Source: an uncultured Bifidobacteriaceae bacterium
GTDB taxonomy: Bacteria; Verrucomicrobiota; Verrucomicrobiia; Limisphaerales; UBA11358
Assembly: GCA_964449815.1 (NCBI GenBank)
Contig: CAYVGC010000001.1
Span: 15,361 to 79,360, forward strand
DNA: 64,000 nt
Reading direction: 5' to 3'
The notes beneath the pieces are model-generated. The model had not been told where the DNA came from. It worked only from the letters and a program-made list of their open reading frames with translations, and searched no databases. The translations under genes and the position numbers were made by a program. Of the stretch, positions 35,434 through 47,100 are shown one piece after another. How positions within the stretch are numbered: position 1 is the first letter of the stretch; each line of letters begins with the position of its first letter.

Positions 35434-36587
35434 ACCGGAAACAATTCATCCTCCTCTTGGTGCTCGTCGTGGTCGTCGGCGCGGCGGGCCTGCTGGTGCG
35501 TGAACGCAGCAGCAATTCTTGGAAAAGCGCGACGGCCGCCATCGGCCAGAAACTGCTGCCCAATCTGGCGGTGAACGACATCGCGCAAATCACCATCAAG
35601 TCGGGCGCCGGCGAGTTGAATCTGGTGCGGCGCGATAATCGGTGGCGTGTGCGCGAACGCGGAGATTATCCGGCGAATTTCTCTCAAATCAGCGAATTGC
35701 TCATCAAGCTCGCGGATTTGAAAATCGCCCAAAGCGAGGAAATCGGGCCGTCACAACTGGGCCGGTTGGAACTGCAGCCGCCGGGCGCGGGAGCAAATTC
35801 CGGCACGCAGCTTGAGTTCAAGGATCAAGCCGGTAAAACGCTTGATTCGCTTCTGCTCGGCAAAAAGCACATGAAAAAGCCCGTTGGAAATTCGCAGCCT
35901 GGCGGCATGGGTGATGAAGGCTGGCCGGATGGCCGCTATGTGATGGCTGGTGCCGGCGCAAAAACAGTCGCCGTGATTTCTGATCCGCTGGACAGCGCCC
36001 AGCCCAAACCGGAGGAATGGCTGGACAAGGATTTTTTGAGCATCGAAAAGCCGCGCACGATCGCGGTGCAGTTTTCGGAGCCGACCAATTCATGGAAATT
36101 GTCGCGCGCCTCCGAGACCAACGACTGGCAACTGGCCGACGCCAAGGCGGACGAGAAAATTGACTCGTCGAAAATCTCCAGCGTTACCAGCGCGTTCAGT
36201 TCGCCCAGCTTCAATGACGTCACGGCGCTCAACACCAGCAGCACGGCCAGCAACTCCGTTGTAACGGTGGAAACCTTTGATGGATTCACCTATATTGCGC
36301 GGATCGCGCCCAGGCAAGATGACAATTATCCGGTCAGTTTCTCGGTGGCTGCCAGCCTCGCCACCGAGCGTCCAGCGGCCAAAGACGAGAAGGCTGAGGA
36401 CAAGGCCGGGCTGGACAAGGAGTTCAAGGGGCGGCAGTCCAAGCTCACCGAAAAACTCGCCAAGGAAAAACAGTTTGAGAACTGGGTTTATCAAGTGCCG
36501 GCTTACAGCGTGGACGAAATTCTGAAGCCCAGACAACAATTGCTGACGGAAACGAAGACGAATGCTCCGGCTGGAGAGGAAAAATAA
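35430..36587 (+). CDS. DUF4340-domain protein
   Basis: MNRKQFILLLVLVVVVGAAGLL anchor, then a DIAQITIKSG..ELNLVRRDNRWRV pattern typical of DUF4340 proteins that follow GldG homologs. ATGA overlap with the upstream gene. Confidence 0.7.
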   Translation: MNRKQFILLLVLVVVVGAAGLLVRERSSNSWKSATAAIGQKLLPNLAVNDIAQITIKSGAGELNLVRRDNRWRVRERGDYPANFSQISELLIKLADLKIAQSEEIGPSQLGRLELQPPGAGANSGTQLEFKDQAGKTLDSLLLGKKHMKKPVGNSQPGGMGDEGWPDGRYVMAGAGAKTVAVISDPLDSAQPKPEEWLDKDFLSIEKPRTIAVQFSEPTNSWKLSRASETNDWQLADAKADEKIDSSKISSVTSAFSSPSFNDVTALNTSSTASNSVVTVETFDGFTYIARIAPRQDDNYPVSFSVAASLATERPAAKDEKAEDKAGLDKEFKGRQSKLTEKLAKEKQFENWVYQVPAYSVDEILKPRQQLLTETKTNAPAGEEK

Positions 36588-36729
36588 TGCCAGCGCCAGC
36601 CTGGCGAATTGTTTCAACCGGATTGCCTCCCACACAGCACCGGTGTTCGTTCGGATTATCAAGGCCGTTGCTTCGCGCCTGTGAGCAAATAATTTTTGTG
36701 CTTTGGCGCACAGCGGCTACGATGCGCCC

Positions 36730-37641
36730 ATGTCTGCCGACTACCACCAACTGCTTGACGCGACGATTCAGCATCTCGAAGGCTTGAAATCGCGCGGCGT
36801 CCGTCATGTTGCTGTTGCGCCGGAAACGCTCCGTGCGCTCGCGCAACCCGCGCCGAGAACTGCCGCGCTGCCGCCAGAACCTCGTGGCAGCCGACGTGAA
36901 GAAGCGCAAATTGTTCAACCAACCGCCGCCAAACCGCCGCTGCAGGATATGCAGAGTCTCCTCACGTCGGCCGCCACAAACATCAGTTCGCCCGCCGCTA
37001 CCGCTCCGCTCAATTCCGAGGCCAAGGCGGCTGCTTTCGCCGCGTTGCGCGAACGGACGCTGGCGTGCGTAAAATGTCCGCATCTCGTTTCGTCGCGCAA
37101 AAATGTTGTGTTCGGCGTGGGAAATATTGACGCGCAATTGATGTTTGTCGGCGAAGCGCCGGGCGCGGATGAAGATGAACAAGGCGAACCGTTCGTCGGC
37201 AAGGCGGGACAGTTGCTCACGAAAATCATCCAGGCGACCGGCCTGCCGCGCGGCGACGTTTACATCGCGAACATTTTGAAATGCCGGCCCGACACGCCCG
37301 GCCAGTCCGCCGGCAACCGCAAGCCCACGCCGGCGGAGATGCAGACGTGCATTCCGTATCTGCACGAGCAGATTGATTTGATCCGGCCCAAAGTCATCAT
37401 TGCCCTCGGCGCTACGGCGGTGGAAGGCTTGCTTGGCAAGACCGTCGGCATCACGAAGCTGCGCGGCCACTGGCAGACGTATCGCGGCACGCCGCTGATG
37501 CCGACATATCATCCGGCTTATCTGCTGCGCAACCAGGCGGTGAGCGAGAAGCGCAAAGTCTGGGAGGACATGCTGGCCGCGATGGAAAAACTCGAAATGC
37601 CGGTCAGCGAGAAGCAGCGGAATTATTTTTTGAAGGCGTGA
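36730..37641 (+). CDS. Uracil-DNA glycosylase, family 4
   Basis: CVKCPHL, VFGVGNIDAQLMFVGEAPGADEDEQGEPFVGKAGQLL, NILKCRP and HPAYLLR motifs. It has a long low-complexity N-terminal extension. Confidence 0.85.
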   Translation: MSADYHQLLDATIQHLEGLKSRGVRHVAVAPETLRALAQPAPRTAALPPEPRGSRREEAQIVQPTAAKPPLQDMQSLLTSAATNISSPAATAPLNSEAKAAAFAALRERTLACVKCPHLVSSRKNVVFGVGNIDAQLMFVGEAPGADEDEQGEPFVGKAGQLLTKIIQATGLPRGDVYIANILKCRPDTPGQSAGNRKPTPAEMQTCIPYLHEQIDLIRPKVIIALGATAVEGLLGKTVGITKLRGHWQTYRGTPLMPTYHPAYLLRNQAVSEKRKVWEDMLAAMEKLEMPVSEKQRNYFLKA

Positions 37642-37875
37642 AATGAAAACCATCCACGGCGCGGCTGCAATCCAAATCCGCCGCCGCCACGTCCGCGAGT
37701 TTTGAATGGCCGCCGGCCGCCTGAGCCGGGAAATTGACTGGCTGACGACGGACTGCCCGACCACGATTATTTTGCCCAAAACGCGAGGGGCTGGCGCTCG
37801 CCCGATTGAAAATTTGCCACGCGCGAATCTTGCCGCTGCCGTCAACTTGTGGCTTAATGCGCGCCGCTTTTGATC

Positions 37876-39993
37876 ATGTCAGCCAAACGCAAAAAAGAAT
37901 CCGGCCAGCCTGAATTGCCCATCGCCGCCGCGACACCCGCCGCACCGGTGGAAAAAAAATCCGCCGCGCCCAACGGCAACGGCGCGGATCATGTCGTCGC
38001 CGAAACGGTTGAAACCTCGGTGGTTCACCGACCGTTTGACCCGAAGAAGCTCGGCGTCGGTCTGCACACGCGCGTGGACCGCGGGTTTCTGGATTACGCC
38101 AGCTACGTCATCCGCGACCGCGCGATTCCGAATCTCGCCGACGGCCTGAAGCCGGTGCAGCGGCGCATTCTTTGGGCGCTGCACGAGAAGGACGACGGGC
38201 GCTTCATCAAGGTCGCCAACGTCGTCGGCCACACGATGCAATATCATCCGCACGGCGACGCGTCCATCGGTGACGCGCTCGTGGTGCTGGCGAACAAGCG
38301 TTACCTCATCGAAGGACAGGGAAATTTTGGCAACATCTTCACCGGCGATCCCGCCGCCGCCGCGCGTTACATCGAATGCCGCTTGACGGAACTGGCGCGC
38401 GCGGAAGTTTTCAACGATTCCATCACCGATTTTGTGCCGAGCTACGACGGCCGCAACCGGGAACCCGTCGCCCTGCCCTGCAAATTGCCGCTCACGCTCA
38501 TGCTCGGCACGGAAGGCATCGCGGTCGGCCTGGCGGCGCGGATTCTGCCGCATAATTTCCCCGAACTGCTCCAGGCGCAGATCGCGATTCTGAAAAAGCA
38601 GCCGTTCAAATGCCTGCCGGATTTTCCGACCGGCGGCCTGATGGACGCGCGCGATTATCAGGACGGCAAAGGCTCGGTGAAGGTCCGCGCCCGCATCAAG
38701 GTGAAGGACGAATCCACCGTCGTCATCACGGAGATTCCGCCGACGACCACGACGGATTCGCTCATCGGCTCGATCGAGGACGCGACGCGCAAGGGCAAGC
38801 TCAAGGTGAAATCCATCAACGATTTCACGTCCGAAAATGTTGAGATCGAGATCAAATGTCCCGCCGGCGTGGACGCGGAAAAAATGGAGGAAGCGCTCTA
38901 CGCCTTCACCGACTGCGAGACGACGATTTCCAGCCGCATCGTCGTCATCAGGAACAACCGTCCGGTGGAGCTGACGGTTTCGGAAATTCTGCGCGAGAAC
39001 ACCGACCAGCTCGTCGCCATTCTCAAACGCGAATTGGAGTTGCGCGAGAAGCAACTGCTCGACGAGCTGCATTACCGCACGCTGGAACGCATCTTCATCG
39101 AGGAGCGCATTTACAAGCTGATTGAGAAGTGCAAAACGAACGAGGCCGTCACCGCGGCGGTTTACGACGGGTTCAAGCCGTTCAAAAAGGAATTGATCCG
39201 CGACATCGCGGACGCGGACGTGGAAAAACTGCTGCAGGTCCGCATCCGCCGGGTTTCGCTTTTCGACATCAACAAGCACCGCGAGGAGATGGAGAAGACA
39301 AAGGCGGAACTCGACGCGACGCGGAAAAACTTGAAAGGGCTGACGAAATACGTCATCGGCCATCTGGAAGCATTGCTGGAAAAATATGGCCCGCAGTATC
39401 CGCGTCTGACCACGAAATCGGCGCGGCACGAAGAGGTGGACGTGAAGGCCGCGGCGTTCAAGGCGTTCAAGGTCAGCTACGACCGAGAGAGCGGCTACGT
39501 CGGCTACAAGGTCAACGGCGAGGAGTTCAAGCTCGAATGCACGAAGTTTGACAAAATCCTGCTCGTGTCCAGGGACGGCGCCTACAAGGTCACCGAGCTG
39601 CCGGAGAAATTTTTCGTCGGGCAGGAATTGTTTTACTGCGGCCTGCCGGACCGCGGCCGCGTGTTCACCTGCGCCTACACCGACCGCGACGCGAGCTACC
39701 TCAAGCGGTTCACGTTCGGCGGCACGATTTTGAACAAGGTCTATTCGTGCATCCCGGAAAAATCGCGCATCCTCTACTTCGCGCCGGACACGCCCAAGCT
39801 GCTTTACGTCCGCTACAAACCCGCGCCGCACCAAAAAATCAGCCAGCAGACGTGCGACCCGTCACAGGTCGAGGTGAAAAACCCGCGCACGCTGGGCCGG
39901 CAGATTTCCATCAAGGATATTTCCTCCGTCACCGCCGAGCCGACGCGCGGCTGGGATGAAACCGCCGCGACGACGAAGATTGTTTTTGCGTAA
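37876..39993 (+). CDS. parC: Type IIA topoisomerase subunit A (topoisomerase IV ParC-like)
   Basis: YASYVIRDRAIPNLADGLKPVQRRILW, HPHGDASI, and the active-site region AAARYIECRL. The short C-terminal domain fits ParC rather than GyrA (inference). Confidence 0.8.
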   Translation: MSAKRKKESGQPELPIAAATPAAPVEKKSAAPNGNGADHVVAETVETSVVHRPFDPKKLGVGLHTRVDRGFLDYASYVIRDRAIPNLADGLKPVQRRILWALHEKDDGRFIKVANVVGHTMQYHPHGDASIGDALVVLANKRYLIEGQGNFGNIFTGDPAAAARYIECRLTELARAEVFNDSITDFVPSYDGRNREPVALPCKLPLTLMLGTEGIAVGLAARILPHNFPELLQAQIAILKKQPFKCLPDFPTGGLMDARDYQDGKGSVKVRARIKVKDESTVVITEIPPTTTTDSLIGSIEDATRKGKLKVKSINDFTSENVEIEIKCPAGVDAEKMEEALYAFTDCETTISSRIVVIRNNRPVELTVSEILRENTDQLVAILKRELELREKQLLDELHYRTLERIFIEERIYKLIEKCKTNEAVTAAVYDGFKPFKKELIRDIADADVEKLLQVRIRRVSLFDINKHREEMEKTKAELDATRKNLKGLTKYVIGHLEALLEKYGPQYPRLTTKSARHEEVDVKAAAFKAFKVSYDRESGYVGYKVNGEEFKLECTKFDKILLVSRDGAYKVTELPEKFFVGQELFYCGLPDRGRVFTCAYTDRDASYLKRFTFGGTILNKVYSCIPEKSRILYFAPDTPKLLYVRYKPAPHQKISQQTCDPSQVEVKNPRTLGRQISIKDISSVTAEPTRGWDETAATTKIVFA

Positions 39994-40056
39994 ACCAAAC
40001 GAGACCCCGGCGAGAGAAACTTTGAACTTCAGGCGCAAAACGGCTACCGTGACCAA

Positions 40057-41400
40057 ATGTTCGATTCGTTAACCACCAAGCTCCAAAATGCCTTCAAGAA
40101 CCTGCGCGGCCTCGGGAAAATTTCCGAGAGCAACGTCAGTGACGCGTTGCGCGAGGTGCGGATGGCCCTGCTCGAGGCTGATGTGAATTTCAAGGTCGCG
40201 CGCGATTTCATCGAGCGCGTCAAGACCAAGGCGCTCGGCGCGGAGGTCGTCGCCAGCGTCCAGCCCGGCCAGCAGATCATCAAGTTTGTCAGCGACGAGT
40301 TGGTCGCGCTGCTCGGCTCCCAAAATGCCGCGCTCAATCTTTCCAGCAATCCGAGCTGCGTGATGATGGTTGGTCTGCATGGCTCCGGCAAAACCACTTC
40401 GAGCGGCAAGCTCGCCAAGCTGCTGGCGAAACAAGGTCGCGCGCCGCTGCTCGTGGCGGCGGACGTTTACCGCCCGGCGGCGACGGACCAGCTGGAAACG
40501 CTGGGCAAACAGATTGGCGTGCCGGTTTTTTCCAAGCATGGTGAGACGGACGTTTTGAAAATTGCGCGTGAGGCGCTGGCGTTTGCCAACACGAACGGGC
40601 GCAACGTCATCATTTTCGACACCGCCGGCCGTCTGCAAATTGACGAACCGCTCGTGCAGGAACTGGTCCGCCTGCGCGACCTCGTGAAGCCGCAGGAAAT
40701 TCTGCTCGTGCTGGACGCCGCGACCGGCCAGGAAGCGGTGAACGTCGCCACGCATTTCGACCAGGCGCTGAACATCACGGGTTCCATTTTGACGAAGCTG
40801 GATGGCGATGCGCGCGGCGGCGCGGCGTTGAGCCTGAAGTCCGTCACCGGCAAGCCGATCAAGTTCGCCGGCGTCGGTGAAAAGCTCGACGAGTTCGAGC
40901 CGTTTCATCCCGAACGCATGGCCTCGCGTATTTTGGGCATGGGCGACGTCGTCAGCCTCGTTGAAAAAGCCGCCGAAGCCGTCAGCGAAAATGAGGCGAA
41001 GCGCATGGAGGAAAAGATGCGCAAGGGCGAGTTCACGCTCGAAGATTTTTTGGAGCAGTTGCGCGCGATGAAAAAACTCGGCTCGCTGGAAAGCATCGTG
41101 AAGATGCTGCCCGGCGGCGGCGATGCGCTGAAGCAGATGGACGTCGGCAAGCAGGAAAAGGAATTCAAGCGCATGGAAGGCATGGTCTGCGCGATGACCG
41201 TGAAAGAGCGCCGCAATCCGACCATTCTCAATGCCAGCCGCCGGCGCCGCATCGCCGCCGGCAGCGGAGTGACGGTGACGGAGCTGAACACGATGCTGAA
41301 CAAATTCTTCCAGATGCAGACAATGATGAAAAAAATGGGCAAGATGTCCCGGATGATGGGCAAGATGGGCGGCGCGATGCCGGGGATGTTCCGGCGATGA
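40057..41400 (+). CDS. ffh: Signal recognition particle protein Ffh
   Basis: NG domain (GLHGSGKTTSSGKLA, DTAGRL, TKLDGDARGG) and a Met-rich M domain. Confidence 0.97.
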   Translation: MFDSLTTKLQNAFKNLRGLGKISESNVSDALREVRMALLEADVNFKVARDFIERVKTKALGAEVVASVQPGQQIIKFVSDELVALLGSQNAALNLSSNPSCVMMVGLHGSGKTTSSGKLAKLLAKQGRAPLLVAADVYRPAATDQLETLGKQIGVPVFSKHGETDVLKIAREALAFANTNGRNVIIFDTAGRLQIDEPLVQELVRLRDLVKPQEILLVLDAATGQEAVNVATHFDQALNITGSILTKLDGDARGGAALSLKSVTGKPIKFAGVGEKLDEFEPFHPERMASRILGMGDVVSLVEKAAEAVSENEAKRMEEKMRKGEFTLEDFLEQLRAMKKLGSLESIVKMLPGGGDALKQMDVGKQEKEFKRMEGMVCAMTVKERRNPTILNASRRRRIAAGSGVTVTELNTMLNKFFQMQTMMKKMGKMSRMMGKMGGAMPGMFRR

Positions 41401-41498
41401 GAATTTTTACTATGTGACATCCGCTTGTCTGCTGAACGGTCCGCTCGCTTTGGCCCTGACCATCCGTCCTGATCCCATGCCGGTTTCAATCCAGGATG

Positions 41499-41520
41499 GC
41501 CCCGCAAACGGGGTTATTTT
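41499..41520 (+). terminator. Weak candidate terminator downstream of ffh
   Basis: GCCCCG-CAAA-CGGGGT hairpin followed by TATTTT. It overlaps the stop region of the convergent efflux gene. Confidence 0.35.
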
Positions 41521-42974
41521 CCTGTCGGCTGCCACCCGCCTCCGAGAGATTTGATCAGATTGATGGAAGTCACCAGCCGTGCGCCCAGCAGTTGAACGGC
41601 GTTGCGTTCCTGAGTCAAAGCCTCGGTCTGGGCCGTCGCCACGTCGAGATAAGTCACCAGACCGGATTGGTATCGGTTATTGGCGATTTCCAGCGCGTGA
41701 CGCGCGGCGGCGACCGCCTTGTTTTCGGCGTTCCATTCCCCGGCCAGCAATTGTTGCGCGGCAAGTTCATCCGCCACCTCACCAAAGGCGCCCAAAACCG
41801 TCTGGCGATAGCCGGCGACCGTTTCATTGTAGGCGTCGCGGGCGGCGGCGAGGTTCGCCCGGTTTAACCCGCCGGTGAACAGCGGCAGTTCGAGCGACGG
41901 GCCGACCGCCCAAAACCGGCTCGGCCAGTTGAACCACGAACTGAAACCGACGGATTGAAAACCGGCGAGCCCGTCAAATTTCACGGCCGGAAAAAACGCG
42001 GCCTTGGCGACGCCGATGTCCGCGTTGGCGGCGGCCATGCGGCGTTCTGCGGCGGCGATGTCGGGACGATGCTCCAGTAGTTCACTTGGCAAAATCGGCG
42101 GGACGCTGGGAACAATCGCCGTCGCGGTTTTCGTTGAAATGGAAAAATCAAGGGGCGACCGTCCGCACAAAATGGCGAGCGCGTGCAGCGTTTGCGCGCG
42201 GCGCAATTCGATGTCCGGCAGTTGCACCTCGGCAACGTGCAGTTGCGTTGCGGCCTGCGCGACATCGAGATCCGAAACGACGCCGCCACGGCGCCGGTTT
42301 TGGGTCAGATCCAAGGAACGCCGATATGCCACGATGGTGTTGGCAACGAGATTGTATTCCTCGTTCAAAGTCTGCGCGTCGAAATAATCAGCGGCGACTT
42401 CAGCGGCAACGGCCAGCTTGGCGGATTCAAAATCATCCGCGCTGGCGGTGAAGCGCGCGTGCGCGGCTTCGGAACCGCGCCGGACCCGGCCCCACAAGTC
42501 CATTTCCCAGCCAAGATAAACCGGCGCGGTAAACGTGTCGTAAGTGTGCGCCGCGCCGGCCGGCAGGCCCAACTGCGGCTGGTTGACGCTGGTGCGCTGG
42601 CGGGTGACATCGCCGTTCGGCGTGCCGCCCGCCGCGAGCTGCGGATAAAATTCCGAGCGCGCGGCGGCGGCCAGTTCGCGGGCCTGCTCAAACCGCGCGG
42701 CGGCGGCCACGAGATTCTGGTTGTTTGTCAGCGCCAGCGTTTCCAGCCGGTTCAGTTCCGCGTCATCGAACATTTTCCACCATTCGCCGCGCGGCAAATT
42801 TGCGGACGGCCCGGCAATTTTCCAAATCGTGGCGTTGGTTGGATTGTTGTCGCTGAATTTTTCCGGCAACGGCTGGCCGGGCAGCGCGGCGGCATGGTGA
42901 TAATCCGGCCCGACGGCGCAACCGGCCAAAACCGCCGCCAGCGCCGTGGCGCTGCTGAAAATAAAATTTTTCAT
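41514..42974 (-). CDS. RND efflux outer-membrane lipoprotein (NodT family)
   Basis: Lipobox LAGCAVGPDY and the duplicated OEP repeats. ATGA overlap with the adaptor gene. Confidence 0.9.
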   Translation of the reverse strand: MKNFIFSSATALAAVLAGCAVGPDYHHAAALPGQPLPEKFSDNNPTNATIWKIAGPSANLPRGEWWKMFDDAELNRLETLALTNNQNLVAAAARFEQARELAAAARSEFYPQLAAGGTPNGDVTRQRTSVNQPQLGLPAGAAHTYDTFTAPVYLGWEMDLWGRVRRGSEAAHARFTASADDFESAKLAVAAEVAADYFDAQTLNEEYNLVANTIVAYRRSLDLTQNRRRGGVVSDLDVAQAATQLHVAEVQLPDIELRRAQTLHALAILCGRSPLDFSISTKTATAIVPSVPPILPSELLEHRPDIAAAERRMAAANADIGVAKAAFFPAVKFDGLAGFQSVGFSSWFNWPSRFWAVGPSLELPLFTGGLNRANLAAARDAYNETVAGYRQTVLGAFGEVADELAAQQLLAGEWNAENKAVAAARHALEIANNRYQSGLVTYLDVATAQTEALTQERNAVQLLGARLVTSINLIKSLGGGWQPTGK

Positions 42975-44137
42975 TTGGCCGCCGAATTGGTTGCCGCCGG
43001 TGGCGCAATCTGCACGGTCATGCCGTCGGCGATGGAATCCGGCGGATTGACGACGGCGCGGTCGTTCACGTCCAGTCCGCTCAAGATTTCGACGAAGTTG
43101 CCGAAATCGCGGCCAATTTTAATCGAGCGCATCTGCACTTTGTTGTCGCTGCCGACAACGGCTACTTGTGACCCTTGCGCGTGGAAAATCAGCGCGGTGT
43201 CCGAAAGCGTCAGGCCGTGCTGATCGGCGGCTTCCGTGAAGCGCACTTGCGCGTAGCTGCCCGCGAGAATTTCGCCGCGTGGATTGGGCACCTGCAATTC
43301 CACCTGCAGCGTGCGCGAACTCGGTTCCACCGCGCCCGCCGTGCGCGTGACCGTCGCGACAAACGTGCGGCCGGGCAGTTCCTGAAATATCAGCTCGGCT
43401 TTCTGGCCGGGCGTGATGGCGTGAACCAGCGGCTGCGGCACGCGGACATAGACGCGCAGCGGATCAGTTTGCGCGAGGCGAAACAGTTCGGGGCCGCTGT
43501 CGGCGGCGATGAGCTGCCCGATGTCCGTATTGCGCATCGTGACCGTGCCGGCGAACGGCGCGGTGACGCGGTCGAAAATTTTCAAGTCCTCCAGGCGGCG
43601 CAGGTTCGCGCTCGCAGCCTCAACATTCGCCTGCTTCAAGATGTAATCCGCCGTTTTTTCCGCCGTTTCCTGTTCGCTCACGCTCGCGGTTTTGAGCAGG
43701 CCCGTCCAGCGGTCGGCGGTGGTTTTGGCCAGATCCAGCGCGGCGTTGGCCTGATCCAGTTCGGCTTTGGTCTGCGCGAGCTGCTGGTCCAGTTCCGGCG
43801 TGTCAATTTCCGCAAGCACCTGTCCGTTGGTGACGTTTTCGCCGATGTCCACAAACCAGTTTTTCAAATAGCCGCTCGCCCGCGCGTGAATTGAGGCTTG
43901 CACGAACGCCTGCACTTCGGCGGGCAACGGCGTGCCCAAATCCGGTTTGGCGGCGACCGGCGAAACGACATCCACCGTCGGAATGGAATCCGCGCGCGTC
44001 TCCGTGACCAACTGGCGCCGGTGCAGCCAGCGCGGCACGAAACCAATGAGCAGGCCGATGAGGACGAGCACGATCACGGTTTCAGCGACACGCCGCAATC
44101 GGACCGGCGGCGTGGAAGAAGGGGGATTTGAATTCAT
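42971..44137 (-). CDS. RND efflux periplasmic adaptor (MFP/HlyD family)
   Basis: N-terminal TM, then lipoyl, hairpin, beta-barrel and MP domains (GYLKNWFVDIGENVTNGQVLAEID...). The ATG at 44137 was chosen because the track TTG at 44206 overlaps the RND gene. Confidence 0.9.
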   Translation of the reverse strand: MNSNPPSSTPPVRLRRVAETVIVLVLIGLLIGFVPRWLHRRQLVTETRADSIPTVDVVSPVAAKPDLGTPLPAEVQAFVQASIHARASGYLKNWFVDIGENVTNGQVLAEIDTPELDQQLAQTKAELDQANAALDLAKTTADRWTGLLKTASVSEQETAEKTADYILKQANVEAASANLRRLEDLKIFDRVTAPFAGTVTMRNTDIGQLIAADSGPELFRLAQTDPLRVYVRVPQPLVHAITPGQKAELIFQELPGRTFVATVTRTAGAVEPSSRTLQVELQVPNPRGEILAGSYAQVRFTEAADQHGLTLSDTALIFHAQGSQVAVVGSDNKVQMRSIKIGRDFGNFVEILSGLDVNDRAVVNPPDSIADGMTVQIAPPAATNSAAK

Positions 44138-44141
44138 GGCG

Positions 44142-47100
44142 TTAAGCTGTTTTGACGGGCGTGTGTTGATGATGCCGGTGCATGAAGCTGAAAACGATGG
44201 GCACAAAAAACAACGTGGCGCCGGTGGCGAAAACCAGCCCGCCGATCACCGCGCGGCCGAGTGGCGCGTTTTGTTCGCCGCCTTCGCCAAGGCCGAGGCT
44301 CATGGGCAACATGCCGATGACCATTGCCAGCGCCGTCATCAAAACCGGACGGATGCGCCCGACGCCGGCTTCGAGCGCGGCGGCAATCGGGTCGAGGCCG
44401 CGCTGCAAATTTTCCCGCGCGAAGGTCACGACCAAGACGGAGTTCGCCGTGGCCACGCCCATGCTCATGATCGCCCCCATCAATGCGGGCACGCTCAGAG
44501 TGGTCTGGCACAGAAACAATCCCCACACGACGCCGGCCAGCGCGGCGGGCAGCGCGGTGATGATGATGAACGGATCCAGCCAGTTTTGAAAATTGACCAC
44601 GAGCAGGAAATAAATCAGCACAATCGCGCCGATCAAACCGACGGCGAGGCCCAGAAAACTGGAACGCATCGTTTCGGCCTGGCCGCGCACCACGATGCTG
44701 CTGCCGCGCGGCAGATCTTTTTTGACTTTTTCCACAAGCGGCTGAAGGTCGCCCAGCACGCCGCCAAGATCGCGCCCATCCACGTTTCCGAAAACATCAA
44801 TGACCGGCATGACGTTGTAGTGCGAGACGACCGGCGCGACGTTCACGCGCGAAATGCCCGCCAGATTTTCGAGAATCTGCGCGTTGTTCGCGCCGCCCGC
44901 GCCCGGCAGGCTGGGACTGACCGGCATCGCGTTGAGCTGCTGCACGGAATCCATTGCGTATTCCGTTGCGCGCACGTTGATGAGATATTGCACGCCGAAT
45001 TTCGGGTCAATCCAGTAGGCCGGCTGCACCTGGCTGCTGCCGCTCAAGCCGAGCAGCACGGAATTGGCGACATTTTGTTCCGTCAGGCCGAGATCCGCCG
45101 CCTTGGAGCGGTCCACGAAAATGCGAAATTGCGGCCAGTTGTCCGGCTGCTGCACGCGCACGTCCGTCGCGCCGGGAATTTTCTTGATCTGCACGGCGAG
45201 CTGCACGGCGACGGCGCGGCTGGCGGCCTGATCGCGGCCAACAATCTGCACATCGAACGGCGCGGGCAGGCCAAAATTCAACGTCTGGCTCACGATGTCC
45301 GCCGGCAGAAAATAAAACGTCGTGCCGGGAAACTCACGGCTCAACCGTTCGCGCAACTGACGGACATAATTTTCCGTTGGCGCGTGACCGGGTTTGAGCT
45401 GGACCAGAATGTCCGCGTCGGCCGGGCCGATGACGCCGCTGGTGTTGTAGCTCAGATTGATCGAGGAATTTGGAATGCCGATGTTATCCAGAATGCCGGC
45501 GATTTCGCGCGCCGGAATTTCCGCGCGAATGGCGTGATTGATCTGGTCGGCCAGCCGCTCAGTTTCCTCAATGCGCGTGCCGGTGCGGGCGCGCATGTGC
45601 AGCAAAAATTGTCCGGCGTCCACCGCCGGGAAAAAATCCCGGCCGAGCGCCTCGGTCAGCAGCCACGACGCGACGCAAAACAGGAGGAAGAAAATCGCAA
45701 ACGGCTTGCGATGTTCAAAACAGCTTTTCAGCAGGGCGCGGTAGCCGTTGCGAAAACGATCGAAGCTGCTTTCAAAACCACGTTGAAAATTGACAAATGG
45801 CAACAGCCAGACGGGCACCTTCGCCTCGTCAATGTGTTCGCCGTGCAGTTTCACGTTGCGGTAAAACCACATCACCAGCGTCGGCACGAGGGTCCGTGAA
45901 AGCACATAGCTGGCGAGCATTGCGAACACCACGGCTTCCGCCAGCGGCACGAACAGGAACCGCGCCACGCCGGTCAGAAAAAACATCGGCACGAACACGA
46001 TGCAGATGCACAGGGTCGAGACAAACGCCGGCAGCGCGATTTCCTGCGAGCCGACGATAATGGCGTCTTCCAATTTTTCGCCAGCCGCCATGTGGCGATG
46101 GATGTTTTCAATCGCCACCGTGGCATCATCCACCAGAATGCCGACCGCCAGCGCGAGGCCGCCAAGTGTCATCAAATTGATCGTCTCCCCGAGCGCACTC
46201 AAAGCGGCGATGGAGCAAAGCACGGACAGCGGAATGGAAAGTGCGATGATGATGGTGCTGCGCCACGAGCCGAGAAACAGCAGAATCATCAGCGCCGTCA
46301 GCGCGGCGGCAATCGCGCCTTCGCGCAAAACGCCGCTGATGGCCGCGCGCACGAACAACGACTGGTCGGCAAATTCCTGGACGTGCAAATCCGACGTCAC
46401 CGTGGCCATGATGCGTGGCAGGGCGGCCTTGATGTCGCGCACGACATCCAGCGTCGAAGCGGAGCCGGTCTTCATCACCGTCAGCAACGCGCCGCGCACG
46501 CCGTCCTGGCGCACGGCGTTTTGCTGCGGCGTGAAGCCGTCGTGAACCTGCGCCACGTCGCTCAAATAAATGGTCGCGCCGTTCACAACTTTGATTGGCA
46601 GACGGTTCAAATCGTCAATCAGGAGCGGATTGGAATCCACCGAAACGTCGTATTCGGTGCCGCCGATTTTCGTCGTGCCGCTGGGGAGAATCAAATTCTG
46701 CGCGTTGATGGCGTTGACGACATCCTGCGCGATCAGGTTTTTCGCCTTCAGCGCGGGCAGGCTCAAGTCCACCGCGACGACGCGCGTTTTGCCGCCGTAA
46801 GGCCACGGGATCATCGAGCCGCGCGTGGTGGCCAGCCCGATGCGAACCTGGTTGGCGGTTACGTCAAACAGTTGCTGTTCCGACATTTTTGGGCTGCTGA
46901 AACTGTATTGCAAAATCGGCACCGTGGAGGCGTTGTATTGGATGACCAGCGGCGGCTGCATTCCAGGCGGCATCGAATGCAAAACCGTCTGGGCCGAGGC
47001 GGTGATCTGCGCGACGGCGGCATCCACGGAAGCGCCGGGCTGCAAAAAAACTTTTACGATGGAGATGCCGTTGTAGGAAGTGGATTCGACGTGCTCCATG

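Noticed and set aside
37879-39834. 651-aa ORF antisense to the topoisomerase A subunit gene.
   Set aside because: Same GC-rich shadow-ORF artefact, with no recognisable motifs.
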